A DNA stretch of 64,000 nt, taken from Balanoglossus misakiensis. Lineage: Eukaryota > Animalia > Hemichordata. The notes beneath the pieces are model-generated. The model was not told the DNA's origin, made no database searches, and was given only the letters and a program-made list of their open reading frames with translations. The stretch is taken from assembly GCA_040954595.2 (NCBI GenBank), contig CM082588.2, forward strand, positions 1,743,027 through 1,807,026. Reading direction: 5' to 3'. Of the stretch, positions 53,301 to 64,000 are shown in pieces (the first letter of the stretch is position 1; every line of letters starts with the position of its first letter). The translations under genes were made by a program, and so were the position numbers.

Positions 53301-56300
53301 GAATCGTATTCCTGCCCGGGTTTAGTTTTCAGGTTGAACTTGGCCTTGCTGAGTTGGCGTCTCAAAATCTGACCCATGGTTCGGTCCTTCCAGACCGGGC
53401 ACTCAAAATTCCAGCACTTGCGTTCCCCCAATGTAAACTGCCGGCACAACGCACCAAGGTCATTGCCTATAAATCACACGGAATTCACTCTGGCTTGTTG
53501 AGACACACACTGCAACAGGTAACCAGCCTGTAAGTGAATCCCACTGGTTCAGAACGACTGCATCTCCAACTGTGGACGGATGTCACGCGACATATCTCGC
53601 ACCACCGGCAGTATGCATGGAAGTTTTCCGGCCGACTGGGACACAAGCACCACTGTGAGGTAATCGGGCACACCACTCAATTGTTCACATGCGACCAAAC
53701 CCGATTTCTCTGTCAACAATCACAAACCGGCTACAGCCAATTACCGGCTTCCAGCTATTCAACACAGCCCCCACTTGGCAATTCCTCATGTGTGCTGTGC
53801 AATTGTCATGTTCCTGTCCACTGTCATGCTAATATCCTACTAAAACCAAGCCTTGTTATTCCAACTAGCCATTGTTATGTCAATGATGTCTAAACAGGAT
53901 AACTGTACATCATTGAGAGTACCTTGCATGCAATAAATCTAGTTACACCTTACTTCAGTTTTCAATCATTTGTCATTCGGAACAAAGTCTGTCAGCTTTC
54001 TTTGGTTCAAAAATTTCCAATCTTGAGGTTAAGTTAGTTTCATTGTTAAAAGCACGTAGCATTAAATTTGCGAGACAGCCAGACAAGACCTGACTGTTTG
54101 TCAACTGTCAGTTCACTGCACGCAACAGAACTCCAGAGGAGAGCACAAGCAGGGGCAACAACTTCCCAACAATGCACAGACCATTCAACTGTTGCCCATG
54201 AACTGCAACAACAACAATATCACTTCAGTGTCAAACTCTTTTAAGAACCTGTAACTTTTAAGCAACTTTCTCAGAACCCCACCATGTACCAGGCTTTTTA
54301 GTGGATATATTACATTCGGTATATTTGTTTTTGAGTTACAATGCTGCAAACAATTGCTTTGATATGTAGCTATTAATAATCTGACAGGAACTTAGTCAAG
54401 GTGATGTACAATCGGGACCTCACAGGTTGTAATGGTAAACAGTCTACATCCTGTGTTTGTAATGGAGGCAACAAATCTCTCCCATGGTACAACAAATTTA
54501 TTTCACCTTTGTCCTATATTTATTTGAGAGATGTGTAATTTCCACTAAATGACAAGTTTCACTTCCTCCTCTCAGTCCACTTTTTGCTTTTTTTGCCAAG
54601 GACGGTCGTGTTAGCAGTCTCACTACATCAGCGAAGTCACTGCCATAATCTCAGCATTCATTTTGTCAGTTCTTACCTGATGGGTGGTCTGATCTGCTTG
54701 GTGTTTCCGCGCAGTGTGTTGATACCGCCCTCAAACTTGTCGAACTGAAAAACAAACAAAAGGCGACCCAGTTGGAAATCTTATTATAGTGAACTGGCTA
54801 CACAATGCATTGATTCTCAGTTCGCCTTCCTTGATTCTAAAATATCAGTTTTTGTTGACATAGAATACCTTTGTTTTCCACTGATATATTTACCAAGTAA
54901 ATATGAGTTCAAAATTATCATGACTGACTGAAACTGCCCAAACCTACCAGTTTCTTTTTCTTGGTCTTGGAGTTGACCGAGACCGCAGAGAATGACTTAG
55001 GTGCTCGCGCACAAGTCAGGGCATGTAGCGACGATACAGAGAAATAACCTAGCCGCCCTAAGGTGTTCTTGGTTTGCTTGGAAACAGTGGAAAGTAAGGT
55101 CTTTGGGTTGGGCATCTCAGTGCCTTGCAGTGAGGCCATGTAACAGCGGAGTCTGTAGAGTTCAATGTGGAGTCTCTCTAGGTTCTGTTCCCATTGAGTA
55201 ATCTGGGGGAAGAGTTGAAAACAGCCATTAGTGGGATAAGTGTGAAAACCTAGCACACGATATACAACTCCGCTGGCATACTTTGCATTATAAACAAGTA
55301 ACTGCTTCAGAATTAAATGGTGCACTTCTCTTGAGACTCGGACAAACTTTTATATGACATTTCTTTGAAAAATACTGTACATTACCTGATTGACAATAGC
55401 TTGTTTGCTTCTTGGATCTGATACTATTGTCATTTGTAATTCAGCCATTTTCTTCATTTTTCCATCCTTTAAAAAAATGCATAAAACTCGGTTACCCAAC
55501 TGAGAACAGTGAAAATGATCTATGCATACGCACTCCACTAAGATGTTATAAAACTGAGACTCACAGTCCCTCAGGGAAACAAACGTATGCTGTTGCTCTC
55601 ATGCCCAGTCAATGTGTGTACATATACTATTATGGTCAAGGAAAGATTTCAGACCAACTCACCACATCAATCTGCTGCTCTAATTTCTGAACTTCTGTCT
55701 TCAATAATTTCAGTGTGTCTTCCTTCCCATGTTGTCTAGCAAATGCTGATGAGCAGGCTGTGAATTCAATGAAATAAAATGAATTTTTCTTCTGACTATA
55801 CATCTATTGGCATTTAAAGAAAATTCAACAAATATTTATAAAATGCTCTCTCTATATTATTCATGGACATATGTTATATCACTATATTATTAGTATCTGC
55901 AAGCAACATTTGGTTTATTATCATATATTTTATGTCTGTTTCATGATTTATTGTACATGTCATCTCAATTTTCAGTATTACATTATCTCTAACTCCCCAT
56001 AACATAAATTTGAAATTCAATCTCGCTACAGGAAGAAATCAGATCCACACAGTGCATTTACATTGTGTGAATATTTCCAATCTCAGCTAAATCGCTCCGA
56101 CTTTTATTTTTGCAATTCTCAATTTGAATGGCATGTGTGCAGACCATTTCATGACCTCACAGTTATACAACCCTCAGATAACACGCTGACCTATAGATAT
56201 TAAAACTGAAATGAATTTATTGGTCTGCCTTTGTGACTTTTTAACTGAAAATGATAACAGTATTGAAACTTGGAGGAATTTGGTGTTTCTATTAGTTGCC

Positions 56301-59300
56301 TGTTCTTCAAGTATATCAGTATACCATGCATTTTTAATTTACTTGTGCAGATCAAGTCTCATCCATTCCTGATGGAGACTGCTGGGCTGAATTTACACAA
56401 ATGCTGAGTAAGATGATTTAAAACAGGGATTGTTTGGGAATACGATCATCTGATAAAACGGCGCACCAGATGGTGATGTGTGTCTGTGGGGTAATCTTAC
56501 CGGAATGGATTGCGTTCATCCAGTTTTCCATTTCTGTCTGACTGCTCGCCTGTGAAGCAGGGATGAAAGCGATAAGTCACTACAACATACGATAAGTTTT
56601 TTCTCGACTGAGCCATATCGGAATATATATGCTACATTCTGAGCTTGGTGTGTGGTATTCTAACAACATATGACACAAGATTAAGCAACCTGTCAATTCT
56701 GTCTATCAGTCTTCTGTAATATCTTGTGTCAGGTGATACGGAGAATGCATTATTAGAAATAGTTTTCATGTAATTCTGATCTCTCCTACAGACATGAAAA
56801 ACAGATGTGACAACTGTGACTTATAGAAATCTCTGTTACGGGGGGAACGCACACAGACAGAAAATGTATTGCTTACCTGGAATAAGTAAGCATCTCCAAA
56901 AGATGTGCTTAGACAGAAAATGTTATCTCTCTTGGGATGTTCAGGTAATGCTTGTGATATGGAACTTTCCACCACTGTGAAAAGGAAAGGAAGTTATGAT
57001 GTCATAATCTAGAGAAAGAAGTATTTGTCTCAACTAGTCTCTCTAAGTTTATAGTGGCATTTGGTCAGTGAGATCTTGACAGAAAATAAAATCCTCACCT
57101 AGTCTGTGTCTTGGTTGACTTGTCTCATCAACAGTTGTCTTGTCATCACAAGCAAAGAACAGCAACGTTGTACCTTTTAAACACACTGTCAGATAAAGAA
57201 TAAAGAACATATGATTGATTGCATGTGTCAAAGAAATGAACAGAATAATTTATTAGCAGACGGAATGAAAAGAAGTTTTTAATTAAAACTCTGACGTGGG
57301 TCTTCACAATTGATAAGCATACATGTATCTGATTAAATTCACTGAGAGCTTTACATACCCCAGTATTTTTTCCATCGTCTTTTTGCAGCTCTTTCCACTT
57401 TCCTTTTCCTGGCAACTAACATGTTTTTGACATGCAACCATCTGGAAAATAATTAAAATATTGAAATCATAACAACTGATGATAAATCTGAGTGCATGTG
57501 GGTATAACCAGACAGTTAAAAAATATGAGCAGATGTAGCAACATAAGGATAAAGATATTTTCATATTCTGATGCACAAATATTTCCTTACCCAGCTTTCC
57601 GTATTGCACCTCGTTGCTTGCTGTATGATATGTCACTTTTCTGTGAACTCAGAGACTCTGAGGTTTCTGATGTGCCATCATCGGCCTCCTACAATGCGGG
57701 CAAAAATTGCAACACTGAGAAATGAGTGTTTATGATTTTTGTTTATGATTTTCTGAAACTTCAGCAGACAAGTACACAGACACGCCCTCTTTAGAGAATT
57801 ATACATGTATATGTACCGGTAGTATTAAAATATACTTGCCTCTTCTTTCAACATAAAAGACTGCAGCTCTCCAGTGTCCACAGAATCCACATCAGCGGCT
57901 GACGATCCTTTATTTGTCCCACTACTGTTCTTCCCTGTGCTACTCCCACTATCACTCCCTGTCTTGAGGTTTGCCGGCAGCGGGAGAAGAGTGCCACGCC
58001 CACTGGAGGTGGAGTGTGTGGAACTCTTGTTAGAGCTGACAGTCTCTGTGTCTAAGCAGGCACCATCGAAACCACTGTCTGTATATTCCTGATTTAGTCT
58101 GTGGAGATGAGTCTCGTACTCTTTTATAAGTGAGTCTGATTTGGCGGTGGCCGACAGCTCTGAGTTTTCGTAAAAACTGAACGATTTCTGTTGTCTTGGC
58201 AGTGACGATCTCTTCTTGGGGCTATAGTTCTCCGGCAGTTCTGTGGGAATTTGTGGCAAGTTTATTCCCGAAAGGTTTTGTCTGAAACTCTGTGAGCGAC
58301 TTCCGTTTCCGTGCTTATCAACAACAGGACTTTTGTCTTTACCATTACCTTTTGGTAAATTCGGTGGGGGTGGTGGCAATCCATTAACTGTATCGTGTAC
58401 ATTCTCTGTTTTGGCCTCTCTGCTGCTTACATCCTCTGTTGCCACCCCCACTATGTTCTCTGCCTGATCGTTGCTATTCAAGGTTTCAACAATATCATCA
58501 TTTGTTTGCACACTGTCTTTCTTTTTCCTGGGAGGAACTTTTGGCCTGTCGTTCTCCAAAACATTTTCATAGATGGAGTTCACACTGTTTGTTTTGGCTC
58601 CCTGTATGGTACCTGTCCATTCCTGGCTGTGCCCATCAGACGGATGCCATCTCTGTGATCCAGAATCAGAATCCATACCTTCGTTGTCATAGGACAAACT
58701 CCGTCCACGGAATGTTGACAGTCTAGTATCGGAAGCGGCGCCGGAGAAGACGTCGTCCGTGCTGGTGTCACCATCTTGTGCAATCAGCTGATCGATGTCT
58801 GTGACGTATGCTGCGCTGTCTTCTAAGGATGGCGGGGTTTCAGTACCTGAGGGCGGATTGATGTTGAGTGACACTGCCGAGTTGGATTGGTGAAGGGGAA
58901 ACTTTTCTGATGGCTGAAATGAAACCAAGGCACATTAGTACTTACACCTTGGGTTCTTGGCAAATATGTCTCTCAGGATAAAAACTCTAGAGAATTCTCT
59001 GGCCTATAGAATTTTTAAAAACATCTTTAGATTATCATATGAGCTTAAAGTTTGTAGAAAAATATGAGTTACTGTAATCAACAAAGCATTTTCGAAAAGA
59101 GTTTGCACATGCTACTCCACACAAAGCAAAATGGTACTCACTGTGCAAGCTTTCAGAAAGCACTTTGCATCTGCCTCTGACACAAAGTTCAAACCCCAAA
59201 CACCACCTTGAACTGTGTCCCGCCATTGCACGAAACAATCTCCAGACTTCAGTAATTTAGTTCCTACAGACAAAAAGGAATTTTCCATCATTGGTATTTC

Positions 59301-61356
59301 CGTCAGTTATGGTATAAGAGGACAAAGTTGCTGTCTAACAGATCCTATCTACAACCCTTGGTTGTAACTCTATATAACCTAACTTATCTATCTTTATGAT
59401 CTAAACCAATCCTGCTTTTGGTTTCACTACACACACAAAAAGTATTTGTGATTTCGACCTGCTGTTGACTGAAATCATATTACCGCCAAACGACACACGC
59501 AAGTTTCAAAGGTCGGCTGATACAGACATAGCCCACTGCGTCTACAGACAAACACCATCAGTTTCTCTGCAGGACTTTGCAAGTTCAGCCGGTCAAAGAG
59601 ATATCAGATATGCATTTGATATCAAGTGTGGTGAAATCGATATTACATAATGAATTTTAATTTGCTGTACATTGGCTGGTTTACCTGACAATACTTTGTG
59701 TAAAAGCAGTTCAACAGAAAGTCATTTCTAATAAGTTAAACCATGTTTTTATTAAAGAAATGGTGTAAGGAAATGAATATGACAGTTATTCACATCTGTA
59801 ATTCTTCATACAAGTAAGATGTGTAACCTCACCTGGTCTGGAGATCCGTAGATCCAACACTCTACCAGTTGGGTAGCTGGTAGCAACTATGTGATAGATG
59901 TGCTTAGGTGATTCCTGTACACAGTTGACGGTCACTGGTATCAAACCATCCGTTAATCTCTCCCATCTCTGATTATCATCGTCTACGGCCAATGTGTAAA
60001 CTTCGGCCAGTAACCTAGGCAACAATGCACAACAATAGACATTATAGATGTGTATATTCCTGATGGTATTTGGTCTGTTTTCTGTTCAAAATGCTTGGAA
60101 CCTTGGAATGCAAGAATGTTCAGTGTACATTATGTTCTGTTCCGTGTGTGTCGGATATGCATTTAACAGACCTCTATGCACTGTTGAAGCAATGCGATAG
60201 ATTTGTCGGAAAAATCAGCCTGTGTAGATTGCTTTAGAAGCAGTCTGTAGGGGACAGAGAGTGTTTTGATAACCACCATTCTAAAACCAGTACCAACTCA
60301 CAAAACAAATACCATTAAAGCTTGCCATGGAGCAACATGGGACTTGGATAAAAAGTGTTTTTTTTAAACAACTTTTGGCCTTATAATTTTACTCTAAGAA
60401 AACGCTTCAAAATTGTAAATGCAACATGTTTTAAATACTCAAGTTGGCTTCTTTCAAATTCAATTCTTGTCACATGTACGTTATAGATGAAATGATCTTC
60501 AGAGACATTCATCAGACAATAATATTTTTACTTCTACCGATAAAAATGTCCCTGGAATCACAATTACTTTGCAGAACACCACAACATTCATTTCAGCCGA
60601 CTCCCATGATAATACATGTTTGAATTTCAATGTATTTTGTACAATACCACAAGGAATTCGGCCAGACAGAACTTTCAGGAGCCTCATTTTAATGCAAAAG
60701 GGAAGCAGACAGTGGCTTACAAAGAACACTTCCAATACAAATAGTTTGATTCTTTAAAACCCCAATTAATTGAATTAGAAAAGACAGAGACCGTATACAC
60801 TTGTAAATTCTGAACCGTGGAATGAATGTGTTTTAGGATGAATCACAATTACTACGGTACATGCTGAATGCAGAATAAATGTATTGATAATTTTGTCTCA
60901 CAGATAAAAACAAGTGAAATACACAAAACAACATGGTCGACAACAACAGGTCTTGACTGTTGGTTATTGGTTATCACTGGTTAGAACATGTATTAGTAAT
61001 GGTGTACAGTGGTAAGTTAATATAGTAATGAGCAGTTAGTTAACCAATCACAGCAATGCCACACAGAATTTAGTACAAACCAGTTCAAACCACGACAGGA
61101 TGATAACGATATGCGAGAGGACAGTCTAAGGCAAGCCACAGCAATCTCACATACGTATCATTGCAAGCCAGATCTACATGCACTACGAAACTCACTGCCA
61201 TTGGTCATCACATGCAGCCGCAGCCAAACAAGAATCGCTACGGCGTTGACCTCCTCTTTTAATCGGTTTAACCGGCGTCTTCTTGAGACTCATGCGACGC
61301 ACAACTCCCGTGGTGGATGTCTTCACAGCGTCCTTGAACTTATTCCACATGGCCAT
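44387..61356 (-). CDS. TIAM1: Tiam1/2-still life (SIF) family Rac guanine nucleotide exchange factor: EVH1/WH1, PH-CC-Ex, RBD, PDZ, DH, PH; 27 coding exons, ~1755 aa
   Basis: Phase-consistent exons: 61196-61356, 59833-60014, 59142-59263, 57840-58913, 57591-57688, 57359-57441, 57099-57185, 56877-56974, 56501-56549, 55663-55757, 55386-55466, 54948-55202, 54677-54744, 52045-52120, 50411-50575, 50133-50237, 49842-49926, 49443-49544, 49050-49307, 48240-48616, 47928-48053, 47605-47811, 47234-47434, 46003-46117, 45470-45646, 45253-45340, 44387-45119 (5268 nt). Motifs: FVQWRD..WGLNF (EVH1); [26 protein letters not shown] and [23 protein letters not shown] (PH); [25 protein letters not shown] (CC-Ex); [12 protein letters not shown] (PDZ); [19 protein letters not shown] and [15 protein letters not shown] (DH); [12 protein letters not shown] (PH2). 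Confidence 0.92.
46848..46862 (-). CDS. Candidate 15-nt cassette microexon (HGGDK) at the DH-PH junction of Tiam/sif
   Basis: Long pyrimidine tract ...ctgatttag|CACGGTGGAGATAAG|gcaagt. It preserves frame between phase-0 exons 47234-47434 and 46003-46117. Confidence 0.45.
53283..53377 (-). CDS. Candidate alternative first coding exon of a short Tiam/sif isoform ([31 protein letters not shown])
   Basis: Strong Kozak context ACCATGG and donor TC|GTGAGT. The phase-2 end matches the phase-2 start of exon 52045-52120. Confidence 0.55.
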
Positions 61357-64000
61357 TTAATATATGCGTATATTTACAGCATGCTTGTGTCAGGTTGTTT
61401 TCTCTTTTTTGTTTGTGTTTACAAGTTAATGTGGATGCTTACATATTACATGGTGAGCAAACTACTTTGTGCTGGCCTATGGTTAATGTTGTTGCTATGA
61501 TACCTGGAAATGGAATAACACAAACAAGGGAAACATGTAAACAGGGGAGGAAATGTAAACAAATATTTACTGTTTACAAACACTCAACACATCATGAATA
61601 TTCACATACAAGGGGATAAACATAAATACATAACCTTAATTCCTGCTTTTAAAACAGAAAGTTAAACATTACAGGTGAATAACATGAAGATGGTAAAAAC
61701 ACTGAACAAAAAGCTGTTACTGTAGAATTTAAAATTGAAAGAATTATGTAAACTACGTACATTTCAGTACATGCAAAAGAAAGTACAGTAAAAATTAAAT
61801 TACCACCTTTTTGTGATACGAAAGTAAGTCACATCCATTGTCGAACTGAAGATGAACACTGTTTGCGTGATTATATATCGACATAATCCTGGTTGCGATT
61901 GAAATTTGACCAGTAACATTGGTCAACAACACGCCTACAAGCATCCTGGTATTTATGAGGTTGTATCATGCACGTCACAGAACCTCAGGACTAATTAAGC
62001 CACCATTCAAACATGGTTTCAGAGTGATATCCGGAAGATGCCATAATGGCTGCCTTGCCGTTGCTATGGAATCAGAACACTAGACACTGGATGTAAAACT
62101 ACTGTCTGAGTCGTTTACAACAGTCAGTACTATAGTATCCTTATTCATAATGGAGTTTTGAAACACCGCTAGCCACAGATAACACAGTCCAAACAAAGAA
62201 GCTCTGTCTATTGCCAGTATAGAAAGTAATATTAAAAAGTAAATGAAAGTTGCGTGCTTGTGACTTCAGTCATTTTGTTGAATTGTTCTAATCTGGTCTG
62301 TTCTGTTTGATCAGACTGTACGCTTGTGAAGTCCATCAGTGAGACGACCTTAGAAACACAGAGAAAAGCACTACATACACAGAGTAGCTGTAGCCCTTTA
62401 TGAACTCAGCTACAAAACATCTATGCCGGAGCTCAGCATGGTACTATTGTCAAATTCAAGATGGGAAATTACCACCAGCAGTTCACTGCATCACTCACGC
62501 TGCAATGATTGTTAATTCCCAAACGCTAAGTGCTTTAAGTACCACAAATGAGGGCAATGCAAGGGTCTGGGTTTTTCAATGTACCATCCTCCAACACGAA
62601 ACAATCAGACTACTTGAAAAGAAGAGTTCGTCACATTCTGAAGTATAGTTGAACCAATAAATTAAATGCTCTCTCCTGCTGTATGGCTACACGTTCGCTC
62701 AAAGTACTTTTTTTTATCAAAACACACTTCTTTGACACACAGTGGCCACAGTAGAGTTGCCTGAAAGGACGACTGCATGGAACAACAATAATGAAAGACC
62801 TGGCTACTTCAAATCCATGTACCGGTACGTTCGGACAGAAAAAGAGAAAAAAACAACAACACCTTGTCGACTACCTACCAGGGGTATTTCAGCTGCCTGT
62901 ATCTCATCTCAGTGTCACGCTGGTCTCTAGGCCAGAATGAACTCTGTTAAACCGTATGTATCCACATGTGATATGCACAAAATATAGAGCAAGTAACGGA
63001 TTCAACCAGATCTCTCCCAATGTGCATGTGTGTAACTCCAACAAGTGTCCTATCGAATTCCGGGTGGGACTTTTTTCCCTCGAACATATAAAACAAAGCC
63101 AGCTATTGTAAAGTCTTTTTATTGATTTCTTCATTAACAATGCCAAAGTTATGTAGTATGCAAATCGGACTTGACGTGACTGCCAGGGCAGACATTGGAC
63201 CGCATTGTGCTTTATTGATCTTTAAATAGATTAGAAAAATCAACTTTTAACTGTGTAGGTACATGTATGCAGCCAGGCTGTTGGACAATTAACATCACAA
63301 TGTGATCATTTCCCGGTTCAAAGACGGAATTTGAAATTTGGAATCTTTTTCATCAAACTTTTTGATTCACAAGAACAAAGAAAGACCTGTAGCTATGAAG
63401 ATCGAAAAGCATATCTGTGATGTAAGATTGGGTCATTGTGTGGTCTGCATGATTTAGCTTTGTCAGCCTGGGTACTATAAAGTAATAGTCATACTTTTGA
63501 CACAAATAGAAGACATTCTGTCAAACTATCCCAGAGCCAATATCATATATGCATGACATATATTATAGCACACTAACTCCATGTCGTACAATTGGACCGC
63601 ACATCCATAATGGAATCCAGGCAACAGGAAATGCAGTCCACTGAAGCATACAAAACAATCTGTCGCCAGGGTAACACCTTCATGACATCTATTTTTAGAA
63701 CAATGACCGCCTGTGCACCATTTCTGGAGAGGATGCTCTTGCTTCATCAGTTAAACATAAACACTCCAAAAGTTACCAAAACAGAGCCATCTCACAGACA
63801 ATTTCATTCATGTCAACAGTCATACATACCGGTAGTTGTACAGTACTTATGGCTCATAGTCATAGACATATGAATACTGTAACATTTCATATGAACTGGA
63901 TAAATTGGCAAGTCCTTTCAACAGACAAGACAGAACTTTGAACTAGATGGAAACAAACCATGTGTAACACAAGTCAGCTTAAATAAAGAAACAACACAAT

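Noticed and set aside
58946-59003. Possible extra Tiam exon (AREFSRVF...)
   Set aside because: It would shift frame and leave a ~32-nt intron; exon 3 joins exon 4 directly in phase.
61600-64000. Short ORFs upstream of the Tiam start exon
   Set aside because: No recognisable homology or coherent exon chain; probably 5' intron or intergenic sequence.

Overview
Animal (invertebrate-like) genomic DNA with spliceosomal introns. Bases 1-~27,180 are one uninterrupted array of an 88-bp satellite (~308 monomers) with local higher-order block duplications; all ORFs called there are artefacts. The array ends abruptly ~270 bp from the probable polyA signal of a compact SON gene (minus strand, 9 coding exons, ~785 aa). 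SON is head-to-head with MGST3 (plus strand, 140 aa). Two tandem, intron-containing paralogues of a bacterial-type DegT/DnrJ/EryC1/StrS PLP-dependent aminotransferase follow; both end in the peroxisomal targeting signal SKL. Copy 2 has a GT>TT donor lesion, and the two copies show a gene-conversion-like tract. The rest of the window is a 27-exon Tiam/still-life Rac GEF (minus strand, ~1755 aa) with an N-terminal EVH1/WH1 domain, a GC-AG intron, a candidate internal alternative first exon and a candidate 15-nt microexon. Exon models were built by hand from splice sites and phase and lack transcript support.
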